NCBI GenBank assembly: GCA_041640655.1
Contig: JBEPZV010000029.1
Span: 1 to 33,196, forward strand
From: a bacterium
GTDB taxonomy: Bacteria > Acidobacteriota > Blastocatellia > HR10
Reading direction: 5' to 3'
DNA length: 33,196 nucleotides
Below are positions 13,919 through 25,431 of this stretch, in pieces; positions within the stretch are counted from its first letter, which is position 1; every line of letters starts with the position of its first letter. A program made the position numbers and the translations under genes. Under the pieces are notes generated by a model. The model searched no databases. It was not told where the DNA came from and worked only from the letters and a program-made list of their open reading frames with translations.

Positions 13919-16900
13919 GTGAGCCGTATCGAGCTGTGGTTCGAGCCGGTCTTGGGACGAAATCGCGAGGTCTTCGTCTCCCTGTGTCAGGAGGCGTTGC
14001 AGACCGAGCGCGAGCCGACGTTCGTGTATCTCGTCGCGACGCGCCCCTTGTGGGAGGACGTCGTGCGTCGGATCGTGGATGGCGCGCGCGTGACGGCCAG
14101 TGCAGACGTGCGCGTCTTCCTCTTCGATGGCTTGGTGCAGCGCCTGCTGCAGGAGAGCGGCGAGCGCCGCCTCCTCCTGCAGGAAGGGGAGCGACTGGCG
14201 CTGCTGGAGCGCATCCTCGCGGAGTTGAACGAGGCAGGCGCACTCGTCCACATGCGAGAGATCGCCCGTCTGCCCGGATGCGCGCGCTCGATCGCGCGGC
14301 TTCTGGGCGAGATCCAGCGGGCCGATCTCTCGGCTCGCGAATTCGCCGAATTCGTCTCGGCCTCCGCCCGCCCGAATCCTCGCGATCTCGATCTCGCGCT
14401 CATCTACGCGACCTACACGCGCACGCTTCGCGAGATCGCCGCCTTGGATCCCGATGGCGCGTATCGGAGCGCGCTGGACTTGCTGCGCCACCGTCCGGAC
14501 CTCCCGCCCTGGTTGCGGACGACGCGTCTGTTGCTCATCGAAGGCTTCTTCGACTTCACGCCCGTTCAGAAGAAGCTGTTGCGATACCTGATCGAACGGC
14601 TCCCGCACACCATCGTGAGCCTGATCTTCGACCCGGAGAATCCCGCCGTCTTCCAGGAGCCGCTCGCGGACACGCTGCGCTTTTTCCGGTCCTTCGAGGG
14701 GCCGGTCATCGAGAAGCAGCAACATGAAGCGCTCCCTCGCGATCCGCGCCTTCGACCGTTGCGCCGCCGACTGTTCGCCCTTGGGGAAGGGGCTTCGGCA
14801 TCCGCGCCGGAATGCGAGGGCGAGCCGCCGATCACCATTCTGGCGGCTATGGGAGTCGCCGAGGAGGTTCGGGAGATCGTGCGCCTCATCAAGCGGCTCA
14901 TCGCGGATGAGGGGTATCGCGCCTCGGAGATCGCCGTGATCGCGCGCGATGTCGCCTATCTTCGGGCGCTCGGTGAGGAGCTGCCGCGCGCCGGTGTTCC
15001 CGTCGCGCTCGATGTGCGGGAGCCGCTGGCGACGGTTCCTATTGTCCGAGCCGCCTTGCGCGTGCTCGATGCGCGCGTGGGACAGGAGATGGCGACCTCC
15101 TATGTGGCGCTGCTCAAGGACGATTATCTCCACTGCTTCAGCGCGCACGAGCGCGATGCCATCGAGAGCGCGATGCGGGCCGTGGGCGTGGATCTGGACA
15201 TCCACACCTTCCGCAAGCGCGCGCGCGATCTGCGGCGGATTCACGAGCATCAGGCGCAGACGCTCACGGCGCGGACGGTGGATTTGGAGGAGGTGCAGCA
15301 GGAGCTGGCGCGGTTGCAGCGGGGGATGCGCGCGCTCGACGCGACGCTGGAGGCCATCGAGGGCATGCGGCGCGCGCTCGCGCACATCCCCGAGCGCGGC
15401 ACGATCCCGGATCTGGTCGAGGGCTTCCGGCGCGCGCTCGAAGCCTTCCAGGTGCGCGAGGGCGTGGAGCGCGAGCTGCCCCTGGCGGGACACGAGGAGG
15501 ATGCCTGGCAACGGCTGGCGCGCGATGTGCGCGGATGGGATGCCCTGCAGGCGTGCCTGGATCGGCTCCTGCAGCTTCACGAACGCGCGCTCCGAGGGCA
15601 CCTCGCCGTCGGCGCGTCAGCGGAGCCCGAACCCTGGGCGGAGCGCGCGACGGCCGTCGCCGAGGCGGTGCTCCAAGAGCCGCTTGCGGTTCGGGAATTC
15701 CGCGACCTGCTCGCGCATTGGCTGGAGCAGACCGAATTCCGCCGGGAGCGAGGCGATCCATCGGGCGTGCGCTTGCTGGAAGCCACGCAAGCGCGCGGCC
15801 TCGCGTTTCGCGTCGTCATCTTGCCAGGGCTCATCGAGGGGGGATTCCCCCGCGCGCCCGAGCGCGATTGGGTGTATTCGGTCGCCGAGCGGGAACGATT
15901 GGCGGCGGCCGGCCTCTTCCTCGAAGACCTCTCGCCGCGCCGATTCGAGGCCAAAGAGGCGCACTTCTTCTATCACGCGATCAATCAGGCGACCGAGCGG
16001 GTGTATCTGACCTACCCGCGCGCGGAGGCCACGGGCGAGGAGACCGTCCCCTCGCCGTTCCTCGACGAGGTGCGTGACGTCTATGCCGAGGCCACGGGAT
16101 GCGCGATCCCCGTTCGAGAGCTGGACCCCACGACCTACGACGTGCGCGCCATCGTCTCGCCGACAGAGGGGGCGCGGGCGCTGCTGGCGAGCCTCTATCA
16201 AACGACGCCGGAGGATGCCCTCGTGCTGCATCTCTACAACGAAGCGGTGCGTGCGGGATGGATGGATCGGCAGCTCTTGCAGCGCGTCCAGATCGAGCGG
16301 CAGCGGGAGCAGGGGGTGTGGGGACCTTTCACCGGCGTGCTCACCGATGAGACACTGCGCCATCTCCTGCGCGGGCGATTCGGGCCGCGGCGCGTCTACT
16401 CGCCGAGCCAGTTGAACATCTACGGCCAGTGTCCCTTTCAGTTCTTCTGCCGACGCCTGCTGCGCCTGGAGCGGCGGGAAGAGGCGTCGCTCGATCTGGT
16501 GGCGCTCGATCGCGGGTATCTGCTGCACGCCATTCTGCAGAGCTTCTTCGAACGGCATACGTGGGGGCCGCTCGTGCCCGAGCGACGTCGCGAGTACCGC
16601 GAGGAGATGGCGCAGGTGGCGGAGCGCATCTTCGCCGAGTATGAACAGAAAGCGCTGCCGATCAACCGCGCGCTCTGGGAGCTGGAGAAGGCCGAGATCC
16701 TCGACACGGTGATTCGCTTCCTCGACGCCGAGATCGCCTATCAGCGGCAGACCGGAGGGCGCATGCGCCCGCATTGGTTGGAGCTGGGATTCGGCATGGG
16801 GCCGGAAGAGAAGGATCGGTGCCATCCCGATTCCACGCGGGAGTATCTCGTGTTGCGTCGCGCGGGAGCGCCCTCGGGGCGAGTCCGGGCCACCGCCGAG

Positions 16901-17398
16901 GAGGATCGGATTCAGATCCGCGGGCGCATTGATCGCGTGGATCGCTCTGACGATGGCCGATACATCGCCTACGATTACAAATCGGGGAGCGGCGCTTCGG
17001 TCGAGGAGATGGAGGAAGGGACCGATCTGCAAATCCCCCTCTACATTCTGGCGCTGGAGCGATTGTTCCTTCGGCCAGGTGAGGAGGTCGTCGGTGGGGG
17101 GTATTACTCGATCCGCACGGGGAAGCGCACGCACGGCCTCTATCGGCAGGAGGCCACGGCGCTGACGGCCATTGGGGAGAGGGCGCGCGCCTTGCGGCCC
17201 ACGCCCGAATGGCGAGAGCTGCTCCTCCGCGCGGAGCAGTTCGCCTGGCGCTACGTCGAGGGGATGCGACGCGGCGATTTTCGCATCGCGCCGAAGAGCA
17301 CGCGCATCTGCGGGCGCTGCGAGTTTCGTGCCGTGTGTCGCTTCGACCCCCACCGAGCGCGCGCCGGGGCCGAGACCGCTTCCGAGGAGCATCAGTGA
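13919..17398 (+). CDS. addB: AddB/RexB-like helicase-nuclease subunit (inactive helicase fold plus PD-(D/E)xK nuclease with Fe-S cysteines)
   Basis: IEGFFDFTPVQ, EIAVIARD, ARGLAFRVVILPGL, YSPSQLNIYGQCPF, GRIDRVD, DYKSG, DLQIPLY, CGRCEFRAVC; GTG 13919 after GAGGGG. Confidence 0.85.
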   Translation: MSRIELWFEPVLGRNREVFVSLCQEALQTEREPTFVYLVATRPLWEDVVRRIVDGARVTASADVRVFLFDGLVQRLLQESGERRLLLQEGERLALLERILAELNEAGALVHMREIARLPGCARSIARLLGEIQRADLSAREFAEFVSASARPNPRDLDLALIYATYTRTLREIAALDPDGAYRSALDLLRHRPDLPPWLRTTRLLLIEGFFDFTPVQKKLLRYLIERLPHTIVSLIFDPENPAVFQEPLADTLRFFRSFEGPVIEKQQHEALPRDPRLRPLRRRLFALGEGASASAPECEGEPPITILAAMGVAEEVREIVRLIKRLIADEGYRASEIAVIARDVAYLRALGEELPRAGVPVALDVREPLATVPIVRAALRVLDARVGQEMATSYVALLKDDYLHCFSAHERDAIESAMRAVGVDLDIHTFRKRARDLRRIHEHQAQTLTARTVDLEEVQQELARLQRGMRALDATLEAIEGMRRALAHIPERGTIPDLVEGFRRALEAFQVREGVERELPLAGHEEDAWQRLARDVRGWDALQACLDRLLQLHERALRGHLAVGASAEPEPWAERATAVAEAVLQEPLAVREFRDLLAHWLEQTEFRRERGDPSGVRLLEATQARGLAFRVVILPGLIEGGFPRAPERDWVYSVAERERLAAAGLFLEDLSPRRFEAKEAHFFYHAINQATERVYLTYPRAEATGEETVPSPFLDEVRDVYAEATGCAIPVRELDPTTYDVRAIVSPTEGARALLASLYQTTPEDALVLHLYNEAVRAGWMDRQLLQRVQIERQREQGVWGPFTGVLTDETLRHLLRGRFGPRRVYSPSQLNIYGQCPFQFFCRRLLRLERREEASLDLVALDRGYLLHAILQSFFERHTWGPLVPERRREYREEMAQVAERIFAEYEQKALPINRALWELEKAEILDTVIRFLDAEIAYQRQTGGRMRPHWLELGFGMGPEEKDRCHPDSTREYLVLRRAGAPSGRVRATAEEDRIQIRGRIDRVDRSDDGRYIAYDYKSGSGASVEEMEEGTDLQIPLYILALERLFLRPGEEVVGGGYYSIRTGKRTHGLYRQEATALTAIGERARALRPTPEWRELLLRAEQFAWRYVEGMRRGDFRIAPKSTRICGRCEFRAVCRFDPHRARAGAETASEEHQ

Positions 17399-20300
17399 CG
17401 CGCGATTCGCTCACTCCGGATCAACGGCGCGCGGTCGAGACGCTCGATCGCTCGCTCGTGGTGACGGCTGGACCCGGAGCGGGGAAGACCCGCGTGCTCG
17501 TCGAGCGCGTGCTGCAGATCCTCGAGCGGGGTCTCGCCACGCTGGATGAGATCGTCGCCATCACCTTCACCAATCGGGCGGCCAATGAGATGAAGACGAA
17601 GATCCGGCTCGCCATCGCGCAACGGGCGCGAGGCGCGCCCTCGCGACGCTGGCAGGAGGCGAAGCGACAGCTGGAGACCGCGGCGATCTCCACGATTCAC
17701 GGCTTCTGTGCGCGCCTGCTGCGCGCGCATCCGGTCGAGGCGCAGGTGGATCCGGAATTCACCATCCTCGACGAGTTCCGCAGCCGCGTGCTCCTCATGC
17801 GCGCCGTCGAGGAGGTCCTGGAGGAGTGCATCGAGGCGGGGGAGGAGATCATCGGGCGCCTGGTCATCGGATATTCGCGACGCGGACTCATTCGGGCGAT
17901 CGCCGATCTGCTGGCGATGGTGCGCGCTCTGGGCCTGCGCGTCGAGGAGGTCCTCGCCATGACCGAGCGCGGGCGGCGGACGCCCGAGGAGTACCGGATG
18001 GCGGTCGAGCGCCTGGAGGAGATCGTGGCGCGGTTGGAGGCCTTTCCCGGGCCGACCGAGCGCATGGCCGAGCAGATCGCGGCCTTCAGCCAGGCTTATC
18101 GCTGGTACGGGCCGCTGCTGCGCGCAGAGCCGCGCATTGATGACGCGCCCGTCTTGGAGGAGTGCCTGCGGGCGCTTCAAGAGGCGCGCGTCGAGAAGCG
18201 CGGACGCCTGAGCGAGGTGGCTGCTGAGCTCGACGCATGCCTGGAAGAGATCGAGCTGACGTTCTACGACGTGTGCGCCGGCGACGTGATCGCGGCGCTC
18301 GGCGAGCTCTTGCGGCGCGTGGACGACCGCTACACGCAGCTCAAGCGCGAGCAGGTCGGCCTCGATTACGAGGACCTGCAGTGGAAGGCGCGCGAGCTGC
18401 TCCGCGCGCATCCGGAGATCGCCGCGGCCTATCGGCGGGAGATCGCCTTCCTGCTGGTGGACGAATTCCAAGACACCAATGCGCTGCAGAAGGAGCTGCT
18501 CGATCTGCTGCGCGGTTCGGAAGACCGGCCCCGCTTGTTCATCGTGGGCGATGCCAAGCAATCCATCTACAACTTCCGCGGGGCGGCGGTCGAGGTGTTC
18601 CTGAGGGCGCGGCGGGAGATCGAGGCGCGCGGGGGGGAGCATATCGAGCTGGAGCGGAACTTCCGCAGCACGGCCGGACTCGTGCGCTTCTTCAACGCCT
18701 TCTTCGCTCGCCTCATGCGCGGGATCGAGGGCGCGTCGGTGGGGGATCCCCTGGAGGAGTTGGGATGGACGCCGTTTGTCGAGAGCGTGCCGCATCGGGA
18801 GGGGGAGGGCGCGACCCCCGTGGAGGTGCTTCTGGAGATCGGCCCGCACGTCCGAACGGCTGAAGAGGCGCGCCGGTGGGAGGCCGAGCGCCTGGCCGAG
18901 CGCATCGCGCGGATGGTGCGCGAGGGGGAGCGGCTCGTCGGAGAGGATGCCGGCGATGGGAGCGAGCGCCTGCGCCCGGTTCGCTACGGCGACATCGCCC
19001 TGCTCTTCCGCGCGATGACCGATGTGAAGGTCTACGAGCGCGCCTTGCGCGAGCGCGGCATCCCGTACTACGTGCTCGCCGGGCGCGGATTCTACGAGCG
19101 CGAGGAGATTCGAGACATCCTCGCGCTGCTGGAGTTTCTGGAGAACACGACCGATGACTTGGCCCTGGTGGCTGCCTTGCGTTCGCCGCTCTTTGGGATC
19201 TCGGATGAGGCGCTCTTCTGGTTGCGGCACGCGGCGGAAGCGCAGAGCGAGGGATGGCTCGATCCCCATCCGCTGCTGACGAGCCTATGGAATCATGAAC
19301 GCGTCCTGGGGATCGCGGCTGAGGAGCGCCCGCGCCTGGAGCGCGCTGCTCATGTGCTCGCGCACTTGCTGCGCGTGCGAAATCGCCTTTCCCTCGTCGA
19401 GTTGCTGGAGGAGGTCCTGACGCTCACGCACTGCGAAGCCGTTCATGCGACGGCCTTCGATGGTCATCAGCGCGTGGCCAATATCCGAAAGCTTGTGGAA
19501 TTGGCGCGGGGCTTCGAGGCGAGCGGCCCGCATGTGCTCGGCGATTTCACGGCGTTCGTTCGGCAATTCGCCGAGATGGCCGAGGAGAGCGAAGCCCAGG
19601 TGACGACCGAGGCGGCCGATGCCGTTCGGCTCATGACCGTGCATAAGGCCAAGGGCCTGGAGTTCCCCGTCGTCATCATCCCCGATACGGGGCGCCCCTT
19701 CCGAAAGGAAGCGCCGCCTCTGGTCTTCGATCGCGCCGTGGGCCTCGGGATGCAGATCCCGGATCGGCGCGGGCGACTCCACGACACGTGGTCGCGACGG
19801 CGCGTCCTGGAGGTCCTTCGGCTCCGCGAATACTTCGAGCACCAACGGCTGCTCTTTGTGGCCATGACGCGAGCGCGCGACTATCTCATCCTCTCCGGTG
19901 CCGCCGAACGGCTCAGCCCCAGAGAGCGCAAGCCGGAGTCTTTCCTCTCCGGAGCGAGTTGGCTCGAGTGGATCGCGCGCGTTTTGGACCTGCCGCAGGC
20001 CGAAGCACTCTCGGACGTGTACGAATGGAACGGCGTGAAGGTGCGCATCACGCTCGGACGAGGCGAAGAGCTGGGCGCGGCCACGACGCGGCGACCGACG
20101 CTCATCGCCCGCTATCCACAGCTTGAGCGTGGAGAACCCATCCCCGAATCGCTCCTGCCTCCGCTCCCCGAGAGCGAGCGCGAGCACGTGCGGCGCGTGT
20201 TGCGACGGCTTGAACCCTCGCCACCGGCAGTGGGGGAGAGCCTCTCGCCCATCGCCGTCACGCGCCTTCTGGCGCTGGCCCGATGCCCCTTGCAGTTTTA

Positions 20301-21075
20301 TTTCGAAAGCGTGCTCGACCTGCCCGCGTGGGACGAGTATGAAGAAGAAGCCATCCCTTCTTCGGGAGGGGCCAGGCGCATCCCGCCCGCACTCGGCGGA
20401 CGCCTGGTCCATCGCTTCTGCGAAGAATATGACGGATCGGAGCCGTGGGAGGACGTCCTTAGTCGCCTCATCGAGGAGATGATCGTCGGGGGATCGCCCG
20501 AAGCGGAGACGTCGTGGGCGGAGCGTCTCCGCGCGTCTCGGGAGGCGGCCCTCGCTGAGGTGCGTCCGCTCATCGAGAACTACGTGCGGAGCGATCTCTA
20601 CCGCGCGATCGAGGCCATTTTGTGGGGGGAGCGGCCGGGGCGCGTCCAGAGCGAGCGCGAGATCCTCTATCGCACGACCTATGGGATCGTGCGCGGCCGC
20701 CTGGACAAGGTGATCTGGACCGAAGAGGACACGGCGTGGATCGTGGACTTCAAGACCAATCGCGTGAGCGGGGACCCCGGAGCGCTCGTGGACGAATATG
20801 CGCTTCAGATGCGGATCTATGCCCTCGCCGTTCAGCGCGCGTGGCATCCGCGCGCGATTCGCGCCGAGCTGTACTTCCTGGCGCCCGATGTGCGCGTGCC
20901 CGTGCCTGTGGAGGCGCTGGAGGAGACGGCCGCGCTCCTGGAGCAGTTGACCGAGCAGGTCGCGCGCGCGCGGCGGCGCGAGGACTTCCCCGCCCGCCCC
21001 GATCCCGCACGCTGTCGGCGCTGCCCGTGCGTGCGCTTCTGCCCGGAGCGCATCCTCGGAGACGCTGCGGTTTGA
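17395..21075 (+). CDS. addA: AddA/RexA-like UvrD-family helicase with C-terminal RecB-type nuclease
   Basis: Walker A AGPGAGKT, ITFTNRAANEM, STIHGFC, LVDEFQDTN, VGDAKQSIYNFRG, TVHKAKGLEF, VAMTRAR, GRLD..DFKT..QMRIY; GTGA overlap with addB. Confidence 0.9.
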   Translation: MTRDSLTPDQRRAVETLDRSLVVTAGPGAGKTRVLVERVLQILERGLATLDEIVAITFTNRAANEMKTKIRLAIAQRARGAPSRRWQEAKRQLETAAISTIHGFCARLLRAHPVEAQVDPEFTILDEFRSRVLLMRAVEEVLEECIEAGEEIIGRLVIGYSRRGLIRAIADLLAMVRALGLRVEEVLAMTERGRRTPEEYRMAVERLEEIVARLEAFPGPTERMAEQIAAFSQAYRWYGPLLRAEPRIDDAPVLEECLRALQEARVEKRGRLSEVAAELDACLEEIELTFYDVCAGDVIAALGELLRRVDDRYTQLKREQVGLDYEDLQWKARELLRAHPEIAAAYRREIAFLLVDEFQDTNALQKELLDLLRGSEDRPRLFIVGDAKQSIYNFRGAAVEVFLRARREIEARGGEHIELERNFRSTAGLVRFFNAFFARLMRGIEGASVGDPLEELGWTPFVESVPHREGEGATPVEVLLEIGPHVRTAEEARRWEAERLAERIARMVREGERLVGEDAGDGSERLRPVRYGDIALLFRAMTDVKVYERALRERGIPYYVLAGRGFYEREEIRDILALLEFLENTTDDLALVAALRSPLFGISDEALFWLRHAAEAQSEGWLDPHPLLTSLWNHERVLGIAAEERPRLERAAHVLAHLLRVRNRLSLVELLEEVLTLTHCEAVHATAFDGHQRVANIRKLVELARGFEASGPHVLGDFTAFVRQFAEMAEESEAQVTTEAADAVRLMTVHKAKGLEFPVVIIPDTGRPFRKEAPPLVFDRAVGLGMQIPDRRGRLHDTWSRRRVLEVLRLREYFEHQRLLFVAMTRARDYLILSGAAERLSPRERKPESFLSGASWLEWIARVLDLPQAEALSDVYEWNGVKVRITLGRGEELGAATTRRPTLIARYPQLERGEPIPESLLPPLPESEREHVRRVLRRLEPSPPAVGESLSPIAVTRLLALARCPLQFYFESVLDLPAWDEYEEEAIPSSGGARRIPPALGGRLVHRFCEEYDGSEPWEDVLSRLIEEMIVGGSPEAETSWAERLRASREAALAEVRPLIENYVRSDLYRAIEAILWGERPGRVQSEREILYRTTYGIVRGRLDKVIWTEEDTAWIVDFKTNRVSGDPGALVDEYALQMRIYALAVQRAWHPRAIRAELYFLAPDVRVPVPVEALEETAALLEQLTEQVARARRREDFPARPDPARCRRCPCVRFCPERILGDAAV

Positions 21076-21101
21076 CAGCGGCGCGCGCCGGCGCCTACAA
21101 T
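21072..21101 (+). promoter_or_regulatory. Sigma70-like promoter of the VWA pair, overlapping the addA stop codon
   Basis: TTGACA (21072-21077), 18 bp, TACAAT (21096-21101). Confidence 0.65.
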
Positions 21102-21116
21102 GAGAGCGTCCTGGCC

Positions 21117-22058
21117 ATGGCAAGGAAGAGAGGCATGATGAGCAGCTTCATCGTCTTCCTCCTGCTCGGCAGCGGGAGCGTCCGCGCGCAACAGACCGTT
21201 CCCGCGCAGGAAGAAGTGCGCTTGGGCACCATCGGCGTCAACGTGCCGATCACCGTCTACGATAAGGACGGACGCTTGGTGACCGACCTCACCATCGAGG
21301 ATTTCGAGGTGCGCGAGGATGGCGTCCCGCAGCGCATCCTCTCCTTCTCGAAGGAGAATGAGCTGCCGCTGAGCGTCGCGCTCGTCATGGACGCGAGCAA
21401 TAGCGTGCGCCCGAAGTTGAAATTCGAGAAGGAGGCGACGATCGCCTTCCTGGACGGCATCATTCGTCCGCGCAAGGACCGCGCGCTCCTGGTCACCTTC
21501 GGATCGGTGATCGAGTTGCATCAGGACTTCACCGATGACGTCGAAGAGTTGAAGGCGGCGATCCACGCGGTGAAAGCAGGCGGCGCAACGCCCCTCTACG
21601 ATGCCCTCTATCGCGTGATCGAGGAGAAGATGACGATGGCCTCCGGTCGTCGCGTTCTCATCCTCATCTCCGATGGCGAGGATACCGCGAGTGAGCGCAC
21701 GCTGGAAGAGGTCATCGAGTTGGCGCAGCGCACCGAGGTCGTCATCTATGCCATCGGGACGGTGCACGCCGGCGGCTTCGGCGTGACCATGGGGATGACG
21801 GATGCTCCAGGGATGAAGGAGTTGCGACGGTTGGCCGAGGAGACCGGTGGCCGCGCCTTCTTCCCCTCGAAGGTCCTTGATCTGGAGCGCAACTTCTCCG
21901 ACATCAGCGCCGAGCTGCGCAGCCAGTACTACCTCTTCTACGTCTCCAGCAATCAGAATCGCGACGGGCGGTTCCGCAAGATCGAAGTGCGCATCCTGAA
22001 CCGCAAGGACCTGCGCGCGCGCACCAAGCGCGGGTATAAAGCGCCTCAGGCTTCGTGA
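21117..22058 (+). CDS. Exported VWA domain protein (Acidobacterial VWFA-related type)
   Basis: Signal peptide; VTDLTIEDFEVREDG; MIDAS DASNS; GATPLYDA; LISDGED; ELRSQY. Start could be 21135. Confidence 0.88.
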   Translation: MARKRGMMSSFIVFLLLGSGSVRAQQTVPAQEEVRLGTIGVNVPITVYDKDGRLVTDLTIEDFEVREDGVPQRILSFSKENELPLSVALVMDASNSVRPKLKFEKEATIAFLDGIIRPRKDRALLVTFGSVIELHQDFTDDVEELKAAIHAVKAGGATPLYDALYRVIEEKMTMASGRRVLILISDGEDTASERTLEEVIELAQRTEVVIYAIGTVHAGGFGVTMGMTDAPGMKELRRLAEETGGRAFFPSKVLDLERNFSDISAELRSQYYLFYVSSNQNRDGRFRKIEVRILNRKDLRARTKRGYKAPQAS

Positions 22059-23122
22059 GCGAGATGCCACGCCTCCGTTTCGCCTGTCTGTTCGGAGCCA
22101 GACCTCGCGCGTCTGGCCGTTGGGCCTCGGGCCCGGGGATCGGACTGCTTCTGCTCGGCGTCGGACTGCTACTGGCTCATCCCCTGACGTTCGAGGAGAG
22201 GGCGAGCGGCTCTCGACCAGACGCGCGCGCGCTTCAGGAGCAGCGATCCAAGCGCGCAACGGCTGCTGAGCCGGACGAGCAGGTGCATCTGAGCGCTCGC
22301 CTGGTCAACGTCTTCTTCACCGCCACCGATCGGCGCCATGCGGTCATCACCGATCTCCGGCGCGAGGAGGTGCGCATCTTCGAGAATGGGCAGGAGCAGG
22401 AGATCTTCACCTTCGTGCGGCAGACGGACCTGCCGCTGACGATCGCCTTGCTCATGGACGTCAGTGCTAGTCAACAATACACCCTGTCGGAGCAGAAGGT
22501 GGCCGCCGCGCGGTTCCTTCGCTCTATTGTGCGTCCGGGCAAGGACACGGTCGCCTTGGTGACATTTCGCGATGAGGTGACCCTCATTCAGGATTTCACG
22601 TCAACGATCGCGCGCTTGGAAGCCGCTTTGAACCGCGTGCGCTATACGCCGCCGACGAGTCAGAATCCGGAGAGCCGATTCGGCGGCACGTCGCTCTATG
22701 ATGCCGTCTTGCTCACCGCGCGCGAGCTGCTGGCGCGACAGCCGGGACGCCGCACGATGCTCCTGCTCACGGATGGAGAAGATACGACGAGCCTCTCTCG
22801 ACTGGAGGAGGCCATCACCGAGGCGCTGCGGGCGGAGGCGACCATCTACGCCATCGGCATCGGCGATCGGTATCGGTTCGGCATCAATGCGGGGGTCCTC
22901 CGGCGCCTCACCCAGGAGACGGGGGGGCGGGCGTATTTCCCGAAAAGTGCCGAAGACCTCGCGCGCGCCTTTCGAGAGATCGAGACCGAGCTACGCAGCC
23001 AATATCTACTGGCCTACTACCCCTCCGATCCGAATCCCCAGGGCCGATTCCGTCAGATCGAGATTCGCGTCCCCACGCGCAAGGGGATTCGGATTCGCCA
23101 TCGGCGGGGATACGTGCTCTAG
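22055..23122 (+). CDS. Second exported VWA domain protein (paralog)
   Basis: MIDAS DVSAS; GTSLYDAV; LLTDGED; ETGGRAYFP; ELRSQYLLAYYP; GTGA overlap. Confidence 0.88.
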   Translation: MSEMPRLRFACLFGARPRASGRWASGPGIGLLLLGVGLLLAHPLTFEERASGSRPDARALQEQRSKRATAAEPDEQVHLSARLVNVFFTATDRRHAVITDLRREEVRIFENGQEQEIFTFVRQTDLPLTIALLMDVSASQQYTLSEQKVAAARFLRSIVRPGKDTVALVTFRDEVTLIQDFTSTIARLEAALNRVRYTPPTSQNPESRFGGTSLYDAVLLTARELLARQPGRRTMLLLTDGEDTTSLSRLEEAITEALRAEATIYAIGIGDRYRFGINAGVLRRLTQETGGRAYFPKSAEDLARAFREIETELRSQYLLAYYPSDPNPQGRFRQIEIRVPTRKGIRIRHRRGYVL

Positions 23123-23126
23123 CCGT

Positions 23127-23555
23127 TCACTCCTCCTCCAGACCGTGACCCGCGACGCGCAACCGCGTGAGCGCGCGCTGCAGGCGCGCTTGCGCGCGCA
23201 AGAACTCGATCTCGCTCGCGCTCTGCCGCATCTCGCGCAGGGCGCGCTCGCGCGAGCGGCGCGCCCGTTCGATGTCAATCTCCTCCGGACGCTCGGCCGT
23301 ATCGGCGAGGACCGTCACCTTATCGGGGAGCACCTCCACATACCCCCCGCGCACGGCCAGCACGTGCCGTTCATCTCCAATCCGATAGCTCAGGATGCCC
23401 GTTTGCAGCAAGCTCAGCAGATAGGTGTGCTCGGGCAGGATCCCCAACTCGCCACCGAGCCCGGGGACGGTCACCTCATCCACCCACGCCTCGAGCACCA
23501 ACCGTTCGGGCGTCACGACCTCCAGTTTGATCTTGCCCTTCATCGCGCTCATCAT
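23127..23555 (-). CDS. atpC: F0F1 ATP synthase epsilon subunit
   Basis: LEVVTPER, GELGILPEH, GGYVEV, LADTAERPEEID; exact start Met uncertain. Confidence 0.95.
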   Translation of the reverse strand: MMSAMKGKIKLEVVTPERLVLEAWVDEVTVPGLGGELGILPEHTYLLSLLQTGILSYRIGDERHVLAVRGGYVEVLPDKVTVLADTAERPEEIDIERARRSRERALREMRQSASEIEFLRAQARLQRALTRLRVAGHGLEEE

Positions 23556-23566
23556 TCACCGCGGGC

Positions 23567-25064
<1,498 letters not shown>

Positions 25065-25394
25065 AAATCCTACCCCAAGCACTGGGCTCAACGGGTCACA
25101 GCACATGCGTCCATTGATCTCTTCCGCAATATGGCTTGCGTGCGCAGACCCTCAGACTTCATCTCGAACGAACATCGGTACACCTTCGTATCGTCCACCG
25201 CATGGTCGCCCTCGTGCCGACGCATCTCGCTAGGGGCGGTCCGCAGGCGGACATCGCCTCCTCTCCGCACGCAGTCCGCACCCGTGGGTCCACATGCGCA
25301 ACGGGATTGATCTCGCAACGGCTCGTTCTGCTCACCCCCCCGGCTCGTCCCGACCGCCCGGTTCGCCGACTCAGGTGGGGGAAATCGCATCAGC

Positions 25395-25424
25395 TTGACC
25401 CTCTCGTCGGGAGTCTCCTATCCT
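25395..25424 (+). promoter_or_regulatory. Sigma70-like promoter of kdsB (probably leaderless transcript)
   Basis: TTGACC (25395-25400), 18 bp, TATCCT (25419-25424); ATG 7 nt later. Confidence 0.55.
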
Positions 25425-25431
25425 CTCCGAT

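Noticed and set aside
17209..17394. Long N-terminal extensions in the ORF track (addA, VWA1, dehydratase, ctpA, atpD)
   Set aside because: They overlap neighbouring genes or promoters; downstream starts with SDs or stop-start overlaps fit better.
16380..17398. Cas4 gene
   Set aside because: The Cas4-like four-Cys nuclease is the C-terminal domain of AddB, coupled to addA.
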